A stretch of 42,744 bases of DNA from Candidatus Woesearchaeota archaeon. GTDB taxonomy: Archaea; Nanobdellota; Nanobdellia; Woesearchaeales; SKGA01. Numbering within the stretch: position 1 is the stretch's first letter; each line of letters starts with the position of its first letter. The notes under the pieces were generated by a model. That model was not told where the DNA came from, made no database searches, and saw only the letters and a program-made list of their open reading frames with translations. A program made the translations under genes and the position numbers. Shown here piece by piece: positions 18,473-28,714 of the stretch. Where the stretch lies: NCBI GenBank assembly GCA_007117735.1, contig SKGA01000002.1, positions 1-42,744 of the forward strand, written 5' to 3'.

Positions 18473-19498
18473 TCAAATAAAAGGTCCAAGTTCTTTTTTG
18501 AAATCTTCAATAACTACAACTGGAGACGGATCTTGTTGGTATCGGAGGGCAAGGTAATATGCACTAAAATCGCCAATAAGAACTGCTGAAAGTAGCTTTG
18601 TCAAGTATGAATCGCCAGTTAATTTTACTTCTGTTGTATTTACACCAACTTTTTTTGCTACTTCTTTTGTAATATCCATCCGTTTTTGTACTCGTCGATG
18701 ATCATCGTCGAATCGGAAGGTAACAATATGATAATTTCCTTCAGTTTTTGTATATCCGCATAATTCGTTATGATTTAATTCAGGGAATTTATGCCAGAAC
18801 GAGTGAATTTTAGCGTGTTCATTGATTTGTGTTTTTGCACGGTACGCTACTGGCCAGTATTTATCTGATGCATAAAAGAGCGGAGTAGTATACATTAATT
18901 TTTCACTGAGCTGAATACCAATATCTTCAAAACTCGTCTTTTTTAATGATTGAATTGTTCTTTGTAGCTGTTCACGATGTGAAGGAAGAATGTTTAATCG
19001 CTCAAGTAATCGAAGAACGGGGAAGAAGAGATAAGAAATTGCCGCAGTTCTTGGTTGGTATCCTTTTGGAACTTTAATAAACGCGTATCGCCCAATATTT
19101 GCTACTTCTTCAATTTTTCCACCAGTGCTAAATGCATAGGTGTGTTGAGTTATTTTTACTGCTTGTCGATATGCGTTTACTGTCTCTTCTGTATTTCCTG
19201 AATAACTAATAGCAATTACTAATGATCGTCCAGTAACGTAGGGAGGAAGGTCGTAATCTTGCACGAGATGAACAGGTATATTGTTGTTAAGATGTCGAAA
19301 ATACGTTTGTAAAAATGCTCCGCTAATAGAACTTCCACCAAGTCCAAGAACAAAAATCGCATCAAAATCTGCTTCTTTTACGGGAACATCGTTTGCTAGT
19401 TCATATGCTTGAACCATATCATTGTATAATGTATCATACTGTCGTTTGAGATGAGCAACGTCAAACTCATAATAATCTCGAGGAAATTCTTTCTCCAT
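18473..19498 (-). CDS. Bifunctional phosphoglucose/phosphomannose isomerase
   Basis: GLGGS, SYSGNTEET, QPR.A, INEHAK, PELNHNE. Confidence 0.92.
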   Translation of the reverse strand: MEKEFPRDYYEFDVAHLKRQYDTLYNDMVQAYELANDVPVKEADFDAIFVLGLGGSSISGAFLQTYFRHLNNNIPVHLVQDYDLPPYVTGRSLVIAISYSGNTEETVNAYRQAVKITQHTYAFSTGGKIEEVANIGRYAFIKVPKGYQPRTAAISYLFFPVLRLLERLNILPSHREQLQRTIQSLKKTSFEDIGIQLSEKLMYTTPLFYASDKYWPVAYRAKTQINEHAKIHSFWHKFPELNHNELCGYTKTEGNYHIVTFRFDDDHRRVQKRMDITKEVAKKVGVNTTEVKLTGDSYLTKLLSAVLIGDFSAYYLALRYQQDPSPVVVIEDFKKELGPFI

Positions 19499-19632
19499 AG
19501 CTAAGTCACCTTGTAGTTTTCTTAGAGCGCCTCTACTTTTTAAATATATTGGTGAAAGAGTTATTTGGTGTTGATTTTTATTTGATGTGTTTTCACTATC
19601 TTTTATAAATAAAACCTACTTTCTTGTTAAGT

Positions 19633-20949
19633 ATGACTCTCGTACACATTAAAACATACGGTTGTGCTCATAATATGTCAGACAGCGAAGTTATGGCTCA
19701 GTATTTAGTAAAAGAAGGCTATCAAGTTTCTGGCTTTGGACGTTTAGCTATTGAACAAGACCTTTCTGAACCAGAACTTATCGAAACTGCAGATCTTGTT
19801 ATTTACAATACTTGCACTGTGAAAAATCCAAGTGAAGATAAATTTTTCTCACAATTACACGCGACAAATAAACCTGTTATTATCGCAGGTTGTATTCCTC
19901 AAGCAGAAGCGAGAGCTGAATGGTTAGTGCAGTATAGTGCGATAGGCGTTGAACAATTACATCGAGTAGCAGATGTGGTTGAACAAACCTTGCAAGGAGT
20001 CGTTGTTCACGAATTAAAAAAACAAAAATCTTTACACAAACGAGACTTCGTTCCTACTCTAAGAAAAAATAAATACGTTGCAATTATTCCTATTCTTCAA
20101 GGATGTCTCGGTGCTTGTACGTATTGTAAAACAAAGTTTGCTAGAGGAACGTTAAAGAGTTATCCGCTTGATGATATTATTGCTCAAATTCGTTTAGCAA
20201 AACATGATGGCATTCATGAAATGTGGTTAGTGAGTGAAGATAATGGGGCTTATGGTCTTGATATCGATTTAACTCTTCTTGACTTACTTCGAGCAATTCA
20301 ATCTATTGAAGGAGATTTTAAAATTCGACTTGGTATGTTTAATCCAGAATATGCTTATGAGTACCGTCATGAACTGCCAGAAATTATTAAGGATGATCGA
20401 TTTTATGATTTTATTCACATCCCTATTCAAGCAGGAAATAATCAAGTATTAGAAGATATGGTTCGACCGTATACTCGAGAACAATTTCAAGAAGCGGTTG
20501 ATTTATTTAAAGAAAAAATTCCTTCTATTTCTATTGCAACAGATATTATTTGTGGTTTTCCAACAGAGTCGGATGACCAATGGAAAGAAACAATGGATCT
20601 TGTGAAAAAGAATACTTTTTCAGTTATTAATATTTCGAAGTTTTATCCTCGGGGAGGAACGAGCGCTGCTAAAATGAAACTTCTTCCAACAGAAATTCCT
20701 AAAGCAAGAAGTAAGGAATTAAGCGAATGGTTTGCTGGACAAAATTATAATGAGTCTTATGTTGGTACAACTGTTAAAGTGTTTTTTAGTGAAGAAGGAA
20801 AGAACGACACTTTAATTGGAAAAACTCAAAACTATAAACAAGTTGTTATTGTAGGTAATAAAGACCTTTTAGGAAAATATGCTTTAGTAACCATCACGCA
20901 CACTACTCGAGATGATCTTCGAGGTCATTTAGCGCTTGTGAATAGTTAA
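19633..20949 (+). CDS. mtaB: Radical SAM tRNA methylthiotransferase (archaeal MtaB/CDKAL1 type)
   Basis: TYGCAHN, NTCTV, AGC, CLGACTYC, C-terminal TRAM domain; TTTATAAA at 19602. Confidence 0.9.
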   Translation: MTLVHIKTYGCAHNMSDSEVMAQYLVKEGYQVSGFGRLAIEQDLSEPELIETADLVIYNTCTVKNPSEDKFFSQLHATNKPVIIAGCIPQAEARAEWLVQYSAIGVEQLHRVADVVEQTLQGVVVHELKKQKSLHKRDFVPTLRKNKYVAIIPILQGCLGACTYCKTKFARGTLKSYPLDDIIAQIRLAKHDGIHEMWLVSEDNGAYGLDIDLTLLDLLRAIQSIEGDFKIRLGMFNPEYAYEYRHELPEIIKDDRFYDFIHIPIQAGNNQVLEDMVRPYTREQFQEAVDLFKEKIPSISIATDIICGFPTESDDQWKETMDLVKKNTFSVINISKFYPRGGTSAAKMKLLPTEIPKARSKELSEWFAGQNYNESYVGTTVKVFFSEEGKNDTLIGKTQNYKQVVIVGNKDLLGKYALVTITHTTRDDLRGHLALVNS

Positions 20950-21462
20950 TTTTTCTTTTGCAAGAAGACGATTTGGAATAAAAATAATATTTTTATTTTT
21001 AGTCTCAATTTGAATTTCATAAATACTTAATGAAACAATTGTTCCATTGGTATTTGCAATACTAATAGTATCTCCGATAGACAATTTATTTTGTTTTACA
21101 ATTCTATAATAACCAAAAATATTTGGAAGACTATCTCGAAGACTAAGAACGGTACTGATAAGCACAATAAGTACAATAATTCCAAGAACAATACTGATAA
21201 GAATAGTAGTTATTCCAATATAATTAAGCGCGATAATGGTGAAAATTGCGTAGGTAATAATGCTTACAATCTCTCCAAGAAACATTTGAATAGAAAACGT
21301 TTTTTGTTTCTTATGCAGGATTAAAGTATCAATATGCATAATACTCATAATTTTTTGTGTTAACCTTCCTAAAATTCTTCCAAGAATAAGTCCAATAAGA
21401 AAAATACTAATACTTACACTAATCGTTGTGATAATGGAAGGTTGAGTAAAAAAATAGTCCAT
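20929..21462 (-). CDS. Short MscS-family mechanosensitive channel protein
   Basis: TM helices, then LRDSLPNIFG..IGDTI..GTIV..IFIPN. Confidence 0.8.
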   Translation of the reverse strand: MDYFFTQPSIITTISVSISIFLIGLILGRILGRLTQKIMSIMHIDTLILHKKQKTFSIQMFLGEIVSIITYAIFTIIALNYIGITTILISIVLGIIVLIVLISTVLSLRDSLPNIFGYYRIVKQNKLSIGDTISIANTNGTIVSLSIYEIQIETKNKNIIFIPNRLLAKEKLTIHKR

Positions 21463-21498
21463 ACTTTTTCTGTAGAGGGTTATTTTTTATAAATATAT

Positions 21499-22377
21499 TT
21501 ATTCCTGAACTTTTTTTACTAGCGCTTGTAAATAGTCTCTTTTGTACTGGAAACCGTTCTTTTTTGCAAGTTTATCTAACGCTCTATCTGTTCGAGAACC
21601 GTACTGGGCAGCCTTTTTAGGACGGAATGCATACTCTTCTTTCAAACCTTTTTCATGAATGATCTCTCGAAGAATGTATTTAGTAAATCCTTGACTAATT
21701 TTTTTCTCACTAGGAATAGTCATTGCTTGAATAATAAGTTCTTTGTCAAGAAACGGTGTTAACCACGTACAGTCTGTTGCTTTCGCGAGAGCTTGATCTC
21801 GAAGTAAATCTCTTTCATACATGTTTTCAAGACCATTCCAACATTCTTGAGTAATATCTTCTGCTTGTTTATGTCGCTGATAACCTGCAAAGATTTCTTC
21901 ACTACCTAAGCCTCCCATGAGATAGTGTATTCCTTCTTCTTTTGCAAGAGTAATCGCTGCAAGTTCAACACTGCCAACACCAATATTTACTGCATTAGTT
22001 AATTCTGGACCAAGAATAGCAACAGTTTGCTTAAATAAATGTTCTATCTCTTCAAAATTAAACACTTTTTCTTTATAGGTAAAGTTGTACTCTTTAGCAA
22101 CTCTTCTTGCTATAAGAATATCATCAGGTAATTTTTGCTCTGTATTATCTTGAAAACCAATAGTGATTGCAATAAAAGGAATGTTGTGTTGTTGTAATAG
22201 GTAACAAATACTTGTTGAGTCAACACCTCCTGAGAATAAAACGCCAAGGGGTTGGTGTTGTTTTCCTTGAGAAAGAATGGTATCTTGTAAGATTTGAGCG
22301 AGTTGTTCTTTACTACACTCTGATTTGCTAGCAACCTCTTCTTGAAGTTGTTGAATATATTCTTTCCATTCTTGCAT
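21499..22377 (-). CDS. Stand-alone asparagine-synthase C-terminal (PP-loop) domain protein
   Basis: FSGGVDS, GLGSEEIFAGY, PFLD, KYILR, RPKKAAQYGS; no Ntn glutaminase domain. Confidence 0.85.
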   Translation of the reverse strand: MQEWKEYIQQLQEEVASKSECSKEQLAQILQDTILSQGKQHQPLGVLFSGGVDSTSICYLLQQHNIPFIAITIGFQDNTEQKLPDDILIARRVAKEYNFTYKEKVFNFEEIEHLFKQTVAILGPELTNAVNIGVGSVELAAITLAKEEGIHYLMGGLGSEEIFAGYQRHKQAEDITQECWNGLENMYERDLLRDQALAKATDCTWLTPFLDKELIIQAMTIPSEKKISQGFTKYILREIIHEKGLKEEYAFRPKKAAQYGSRTDRALDKLAKKNGFQYKRDYLQALVKKVQE

Positions 22378-22416
22378 AGAAAGAAGAAAGAAGTTTTTTG
22401 TTTAAAAAAGTATTGT

Positions 22417-24429
22417 TTAAGAAATAAGGTGATATGCAAGGAAGAATCCTTTTGCATGATTCGTTACGGTGGTGAACTTTTGTAGTTGAGTAATTATTGT
22501 ATCGATATCGACCTTTTCTTCTTTCTTCCCATCATACTTCACTTGTTTATACTCTGCTTTCTGATGTATTTTTGCATTAGATAATTTACTAAATAAAAAC
22601 TCTTTACTTAAGAAATATTCTTTCCCATTTGTTTGAATAAATCGTTTTGCACACACTTCTTCTAATGCTTGCACTACAGATAGATTTCCTAAATGCTGAA
22701 TAAGTTCTTCTTGTTGAAACGATTCTTTTTGAAATGCGAAATGTAAGATTTGTAATTCTACTGTTGTTAAGCTTTCAAGAGCAGGAAGTTTTTTCACTCC
22801 AGTTCTTTGATCAAGAGCGAACTCTTCTTTATTAGTAATTAATGAACCTGAAGTCATGTCAACAAGAACACTAAATGATTCTTCTTTATCTTGACATTGT
22901 ACTTCAAGAACAGGTATAAGGATGGGTTGAATTTCAGTGATTGGTTCTTCACTCATAATACGAATATCGCTGGGTTCTAATCCTGAAAAAAATACTGAGA
23001 GTACTTCTTGTTCATTAAACTCTTGCACTTGTTGCATTAAATCTTCAGGTTCTGGTTCGCTTTGTTGATGGTTGAGAATATCGACCGCTTCTCCACCATG
23101 AAGACTTTTTCGAGGACGAACTTTTACAAATAAAGGGACATCAGTCACTCCTGTAACAACAGCTGTTCCGATTGCTAGTTCTTGAATTTCTCTTTCTGTT
23201 GCAGAGGTAATTCCTTCAACTGAAGAACTCATTGCTTTGAGGTCTTGAGGGTTTGTTAATTTCATAATAATTTGTGTTGAACACTGACTTAATACGCTTT
23301 TATCAACTCGTGCAGGTCGTTGGCTCACTACGCATAATCCAAGACCAAATTTTCTTCCTTCACTTGCAATCGTTCGTAAAATTTTAGAAGATTTTTTCTC
23401 ACCAAATGATCGTTCAGGACAATAATTGTGGGCTTCTTCAATAACCATGAAGAAGGGAGGGATTTTATTTTGTTTACGGAGTTCAAATAAATCTTTACAT
23501 AATTTGTATACAATAATATCTTGAATATCAGGATTTACTCCTCGAAAATTAATGACTGAGCAACTTCCACTTTTTACTAACTCGTGCATTGGTGTTGGAG
23601 CAGGAGAAAATAAATTCATTTGATGAAGTTGTTCAATAATACTGATCACATTCCATTTCGCATTACTTTCTTCTTGGTTTAGATGATATAAAACGCTTTC
23701 AAGGTCTGATTCTCCTTGTTGCATTGCACTGTGTAATACTCCTAGTTGAGCAGAAGTTAATCTTGTTGGCAAAAGAGTAATGAGTTCTTGTCTTGAAAAA
23801 TTGTTACTTAGTTTTAATGGACGAGCATGATGGTTTAGTGTAGGGTCGCCATACTCAACAATAGAAAAACCCTTGGATTGCACATTAAACAGTGCTTGCG
23901 CATCTTTATCTTTGGTGTTTTCATGACGCATACTCGGATATTCGCCGTGAGGATCAATAATAATTAAGGGAACGCCTTTTTCAATAATTTCTTCTAGAAG
24001 CACTCCCACAGTATAACTTTTTCCACTACCGCTTTTTGCGAGAATTGCAACATGTTTTGTTAATAATTTTTTTAAATCTAGTTGGATAGGAATATCTTTT
24101 CCATCAAGTTTTCCAAGATATGCTCCTGAGGTTGCTTGTTCAAGTTTGATAATTTCTGAGATAAATTCTTCTTTTGCTAAGAACACTTCAGTTTCTGGCT
24201 CGAAAGGAATTTTTAATTTCTTAATCTTTCCTTCTTTATCTTTATATCCAATAACTTGACAGTACGCTGTTGTTGACGTATTTAATTTTTCAATTTCAAG
24301 AATTTGGCAAAGGACATAATTATAGACTGGATGATATACCTGAACGTATTCAAATTTCTTTGTTTGTTGGGTGACTTCGAACTTAAACTCCGTAGTCGTC
24401 ACTCGTCCAAATATTTTACCAAGAAGCAT
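22417..24429 (-). CDS. HerA-like ATPase with HAS barrel and C-terminal extension
   Basis: KHVAILAKSGSGKS, IDPHGEY, IEEAH, EGRKFGLGLCVVSQRP. Confidence 0.88.
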   Translation of the reverse strand: MLLGKIFGRVTTTEFKFEVTQQTKKFEYVQVYHPVYNYVLCQILEIEKLNTSTTAYCQVIGYKDKEGKIKKLKIPFEPETEVFLAKEEFISEIIKLEQATSGAYLGKLDGKDIPIQLDLKKLLTKHVAILAKSGSGKSYTVGVLLEEIIEKGVPLIIIDPHGEYPSMRHENTKDKDAQALFNVQSKGFSIVEYGDPTLNHHARPLKLSNNFSRQELITLLPTRLTSAQLGVLHSAMQQGESDLESVLYHLNQEESNAKWNVISIIEQLHQMNLFSPAPTPMHELVKSGSCSVINFRGVNPDIQDIIVYKLCKDLFELRKQNKIPPFFMVIEEAHNYCPERSFGEKKSSKILRTIASEGRKFGLGLCVVSQRPARVDKSVLSQCSTQIIMKLTNPQDLKAMSSSVEGITSATEREIQELAIGTAVVTGVTDVPLFVKVRPRKSLHGGEAVDILNHQQSEPEPEDLMQQVQEFNEQEVLSVFFSGLEPSDIRIMSEEPITEIQPILIPVLEVQCQDKEESFSVLVDMTSGSLITNKEEFALDQRTGVKKLPALESLTTVELQILHFAFQKESFQQEELIQHLGNLSVVQALEEVCAKRFIQTNGKEYFLSKEFLFSKLSNAKIHQKAEYKQVKYDGKKEEKVDIDTIITQLQKFTTVTNHAKGFFLAYHLIS

Positions 24430-24455
24430 TCTTATTTGAAGTTGGCTTGTGGTCT

Positions 24456-24989
24456 TTAAAAAGGTTGCGAGTCCTTGTCTAGTTCAATATGAAAAATTTC
24501 TCCTGTTTTTGGTTGAGGGGGTTCGCTTTGTGGGAAGAGAAGTAAATAGATAGCCTTTATTACACTAAAATGAGTTATTATATTGACTGTTTCATATTCT
24601 TTTTCAAATAACTCTTTAAGGAATGAACGAAGTCGTTCTTGAAATTCGAGATAGCTTTCCCCTTGATGAGGAGCGTATTCAGGAAGGTATGTTTTTGAAG
24701 AATACTCATCATAACTTCCTCCTTCATACCCATTCACATATTCATTAATTCTCGCATCAATAATAATTGGAGAAGACCTCCCTTCATTTATCATGGCACC
24801 TGTTTGTTGTGTACGGTATAGTTCTGAAACAAACATACACTCCCACGTTTCATTTTCAAGTTCTTGTTTTGCTTGTTTTGCTTCTTGTTCGCCTTGCAAA
24901 GTAAGACTTACTTTAATATGTGGAGAATGATTAATTTTACGAAGAACATTATATTGGCTTTGTCCGTGTCGAATAAGAATAAGTTTCAT
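24456..24989 (-). CDS. Histidine phosphatase (phosphoglycerate mutase family)
   Basis: LIRHGQS, S.L.RTQQT, GES, ITH. Confidence 0.88.
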   Translation of the reverse strand: MKLILIRHGQSQYNVLRKINHSPHIKVSLTLQGEQEAKQAKQELENETWECMFVSELYRTQQTGAMINEGRSSPIIIDARINEYVNGYEGGSYDEYSSKTYLPEYAPHQGESYLEFQERLRSFLKELFEKEYETVNIITHFSVIKAIYLLLFPQSEPPQPKTGEIFHIELDKDSQPF

Positions 24990-25010
24990 AAAGAAAAAAA
25001 ATAAACAACA

Positions 25011-25799
25011 TCAAAGAAGATGTTGTTGTAATTCTTGAGATGTTTTTACAGCCAAATCAAATGCTTGAGCAAGTTGTTCTGTAGAGAATCCTTCATCTCC
25101 TCCTTTTTGAAGTGAACAAATTTTACCATTTTCAAGAACTGCGATAGTAATTCTTGCTTCGATATTATTTTCTTCAACTTTTGTAGGATCAACGAATAAT
25201 TCATCTCCAATTCGACAAACAGTCACCGGAATTGGAGTATGTTTCATCTCAATTTTATTTTTAGATTTGTTTTTGTAATCAGCAGTATTTTCTTCAGTTA
25301 AACCAGGGAAAACTGCATCTTTAATCGCAGCAAGAGCTCCGATTGCACCAATATCGATAATGTTTCCATCATGATTAATAGGTACTACATCAACACTAAT
25401 AATCCAAACTTTTTCACCTTCGCTGATGCATAATTTTTTTACATCAATAGCGCCACTTTCTCGAATTCCTCGATCAATAACTCTACTAATTTCAATAGCA
25501 TCAATACCTGGAGGGCCTGACTCAATATCATTATGTGCGATTGGAAGTAATTCTGCACTTACCATGAGCGCACCTTCATCAGGACGATCAGGGAATGGAG
25601 AACCAACACTTAATGATGCTGCGCAAATAATTTCTGTGTTTCCACAAGTGATTTTTGCAGAACCATCTGCTGTGTTACTCACACCATATTCTATTTGGAT
25701 GTCTCTAAATTGATTTTTTGTTCTACCATCATATCGAACATCTGCTTGTAATGCTGTAATAAGATGACCTGTACTATTTGGACCTTGTTTATTCTTCAT
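25011..25799 (-). CDS. rrp42: Exosome subunit Rrp42
   Basis: RYDGR, PFPDRPDEG, RVIDRGIRES, LQKGG; GGTGA SD favours ATG 25799. Confidence 0.95.
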   Translation of the reverse strand: MKNKQGPNSTGHLITALQADVRYDGRTKNQFRDIQIEYGVSNTADGSAKITCGNTEIICAASLSVGSPFPDRPDEGALMVSAELLPIAHNDIESGPPGIDAIEISRVIDRGIRESGAIDVKKLCISEGEKVWIISVDVVPINHDGNIIDIGAIGALAAIKDAVFPGLTEENTADYKNKSKNKIEMKHTPIPVTVCRIGDELFVDPTKVEENNIEARITIAVLENGKICSLQKGGDEGFSTEQLAQAFDLAVKTSQELQQHLL

Positions 25800-26505
25800 C
25801 TGCGTCACCTAGATATTTTTCTTGTAATGCTTCTCGTTGTTTTTGAGCAATAACTGCACATGCGTCTTTTGCTTTTTCTAACAACGTGTTTAATTGTTCT
25901 GCGTCGACAATACCGTCCATTTGTAGGAGAGTAATTTCGCCAGTTGAAGGAATGAGTGCCACAGGAACATCTACTGCTTCCATACCTTCTGGTTGTTCTT
26001 CATCGTAAGATAAATCTACAACAGGAGTATCGCCCACGTATCCAACTGCAATTGCTGGAACCATGTCTTGCATAGTAATGCCTGCATCTGCAAGAGCAAT
26101 ACTTGCTGCGCAAATACCTGCACATCGACTACCTGCATCTGTTTGTGGTAATTCGATAAACACATCGATAACACAGTTTGGATATTTTTCTAAATCAACA
26201 GCTGGAAGTAAAGCTTTCTCACTTACCATGCTAATTTCTTTTGCTCTTCGATTTGGTCCTGGTCTATTTCTTTCTCCAGGTCCGGAAAAGGGCATCATGT
26301 TGTAGTTTACTCGTAAAACTCCTCGTTTAGGATCTGCTAATCGTCGAGGATACATTTCTCGAGGACCATATACTGCTGCGTAAGCAATTGTTTCTCCAAT
26401 TTTGAAGTATGCAGAACCATCTGCGTTTTGAAGTACTCCTGCTTTTGCAATGATTGGTCGAGTCTCATCGTGTCCTCGTCCGTCGTAACGTTTTTTATAT
26501 TGCAT
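25789..26505 (-). CDS. rrp41: Exosome subunit Rrp41
   Basis: ADGSAY, AAVYGPRE, DAGSR, LLQMDG. Confidence 0.95.
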   Translation of the reverse strand: MQYKKRYDGRGHDETRPIIAKAGVLQNADGSAYFKIGETIAYAAVYGPREMYPRRLADPKRGVLRVNYNMMPFSGPGERNRPGPNRRAKEISMVSEKALLPAVDLEKYPNCVIDVFIELPQTDAGSRCAGICAASIALADAGITMQDMVPAIAVGYVGDTPVVDLSYDEEQPEGMEAVDVPVALIPSTGEITLLQMDGIVDAEQLNTLLEKAKDACAVIAQKQREALQEKYLGDADEE

Positions 26506-27257
26506 TATTGTTCACCTTCTGGTTGTTCTTCTTCATCATCGTCATTTTGACTATGGTGTTCAGGGATAGGTTGTCCTGTTTTTTCTTCAAGGAATTCTTT
26601 CACTCGGTCAGTTAAACCTGGGATGTGGCTTTCTTCTTCGATTTTTCTAATTGCTTGCACTGCAATAAACTCCATTGCAGGTTCGCCTAAAAGCCATACT
26701 AGGCCATTTTGACCTACGGTGATTTTACAACCGGTTGCTCGTTTAATCATAGAAACCATTGATCCTTTTTTACCAATGATTCGAGGTACTTTGTTGGTAT
26801 TTACTTTAATGGTTCGTCCATCTCGTAATTTGTATAGTCCTTGTCCTTTCACACTTACATCGACAAGGTTTTGACCACTTACGTTAGTAATTCTTCCAAC
26901 AAAATAATCTCCGATATCGAAGTATCTGCTTAAGTCTGCTCCTCGCGGAATGAACTCAAACGTGCCGTCCTTAATAGGAATAAGTCCGCTGTAGGGAGAA
27001 TTAAATTCGACTCTCCATCCCATACTTAAAATATCAATGACTTTTCCGATAATAATATCGTTTCGTTTTGGTAGATATTTTCCTGCTAAAGGAATTGATC
27101 GAATAACTTTTCCATCAATAATTGCAACACCTACTCGGCTTGCAATAATTTGTTCATCTTTTCTATATGTTCCGTGACTTGGCAGGTATTCCATACCTTT
27201 TGCCAGGATTTGTCCTGGAACAACAATTTCTCTTTCTTGTATTAATAATTCGCTCAA
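26505..27257 (-). CDS. rrp4: Exosome RNA-binding cap Rrp4
   Basis: VVPGQ, S1 domain, KH motif KVPRIIGKKGSM, VGQNG. Confidence 0.95.
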   Translation of the reverse strand: MSELLIQEREIVVPGQILAKGMEYLPSHGTYRKDEQIIASRVGVAIIDGKVIRSIPLAGKYLPKRNDIIIGKVIDILSMGWRVEFNSPYSGLIPIKDGTFEFIPRGADLSRYFDIGDYFVGRITNVSGQNLVDVSVKGQGLYKLRDGRTIKVNTNKVPRIIGKKGSMVSMIKRATGCKITVGQNGLVWLLGEPAMEFIAVQAIRKIEEESHIPGLTDRVKEFLEEKTGQPIPEHHSQNDDDEEEQPEGEQ

Positions 27258-27273
27258 GGTAATCCCTCATTCA

Positions 27274-27993
27274 TTATTTTTTTGTTATTGTTACTTCTCC
27301 GCGCCCAGCGTTTTGTAATTGGCTTTCGTATTCATGTTGTAGTCCTGCAGGTATTTCTATTGTTATAGAGAGTGAACCATCTGTTTGCCATTGTTCTTGC
27401 AGAACTTTTCCCATTGAATGTGCAGTTCCGTGAATTTTTCCACTTAGTGCACTTGGCGCTTGAATCTGTAATTGTACTGAAGCAAGTGATATAGGGATGA
27501 TTGGTCGTAGTTTTTGTACTACTTCATCAACTAAATCTTTTGCTTTCTTAAAGTCAGGTAATCGAACTTTTGCTTCTTCCATTGCAGCTTCAATTCTTGT
27601 CTCAGGATGAGGCAAGTTTGTTTTTGGATTAATTGCATGTTGATGAATTAAGCTGATTACTTGTCTTCGTGTTTGTTCTCGCATTTCTTGACGATACTTT
27701 TGTGTAAATTGAATTTCTCCTTTTGTAAGAATTTCTTTTACAATTGTTAAGACGTCAGTTGTTTGAAATGCCTTTTTTAAGTCTTCAGGAGAAGCAAACT
27801 CTCCTTTTTTAGCGTCGCTAAAAATTTCTTGACTTGTAATTGTATCTTCGATAGTTACGTTTTTATCTCCTCGTTTATACTGCACTACTGCGTCAGGTTG
27901 AATAACAATTTCAAAATGCAGTCCGTGCGTTTTTATTCGAGCAAGATTTACTGAAATTTGTACTCTCTCGTCGATACGTTTATTTCCTTTCAT
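27274..27993 (-). CDS. sbds: Ribosome maturation factor SBDS/Sdo1
   Basis: FEIV, IFSDAKKG, INPKTNLPHP..RIE.AMEEA. Confidence 0.95.
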   Translation of the reverse strand: MKGNKRIDERVQISVNLARIKTHGLHFEIVIQPDAVVQYKRGDKNVTIEDTITSQEIFSDAKKGEFASPEDLKKAFQTTDVLTIVKEILTKGEIQFTQKYRQEMREQTRRQVISLIHQHAINPKTNLPHPETRIEAAMEEAKVRLPDFKKAKDLVDEVVQKLRPIIPISLASVQLQIQAPSALSGKIHGTAHSMGKVLQEQWQTDGSLSITIEIPAGLQHEYESQLQNAGRGEVTITKK

Positions 27994-28709
27994 TTGATTA
28001 TTTCTTTAATTCGTTCGTGGGATAATTTTTCCATTTGTTTTGTGTCGATATTTACTTTTGCAGCGTCAATTCGCTCAAGAGAAAATTTATCTCCTAAAAA
28101 CTCTTTAATGGATTGTACTGCCATAGTTAATGCTTGATCAGTAGTCCATGATTCTTTGTATTCATTATGTAATTTTTCAATAATTTCAGTTTCACCTTCG
28201 CCAATAACACTTGCTTTGTATTGATAATACTGGCCGGTTGGATCTGTTCGGTATAATCGAGGAACGTCATCTTGGTCGATTCCTGCTACTAACATAGACA
28301 CACCAAATGGTCGTAGACCTCCTGATTGCGTACACATTTGTTTTAAACTACACATATCTTTTACAATAGTGAGTGTATCTACAGGGTTATCGAAAGTAAT
28401 TTGATTTTCTTGTGCTTTTTGTTGTGCTCGTTCAACAAGAACTCTTGCATCTGATAAGATTCCTGCTGCGGTAGCGATAAGATGGTCGTCAATTCGAAAG
28501 ATTTTTTCAATCGCGCTTGAAACGATGAGTTTGTCATTAATTCGTTTATCTGTTACAAGCAGTACTCCATCTTTGCAGACAATTCCCATTGCCGTGTTTC
28601 CAATTCGCACTGTTTTTGTTGCATATTCTACTTGTAGTAGTCGACCGTCGGGACTAAACATGGTTATTGCCCGATCATATCCCATTACTTGATGTGACAT
28701 TGGTTGCAT
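27990..28709 (-). CDS. psmA: Proteasome alpha subunit
   Basis: GYDRAITMFSPDGRLLQVEYA, RPFGVS. Confidence 0.97.
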   Translation of the reverse strand: MQPMSHQVMGYDRAITMFSPDGRLLQVEYATKTVRIGNTAMGIVCKDGVLLVTDKRINDKLIVSSAIEKIFRIDDHLIATAAGILSDARVLVERAQQKAQENQITFDNPVDTLTIVKDMCSLKQMCTQSGGLRPFGVSMLVAGIDQDDVPRLYRTDPTGQYYQYKASVIGEGETEIIEKLHNEYKESWTTDQALTMAVQSIKEFLGDKFSLERIDAAKVNIDTKQMEKLSHERIKEIIK

Positions 28710-28714
28710 TTTTT

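Noticed and set aside
18356-24989. Integrated element at tRNA-Pro
   Set aside because: No integrase or duplicated tRNA end; the cargo is housekeeping and lies 5' of the tRNA.
22417-24989. HerA-based anti-phage system
   Set aside because: No Sir2, nuclease or other effector gene is adjacent.
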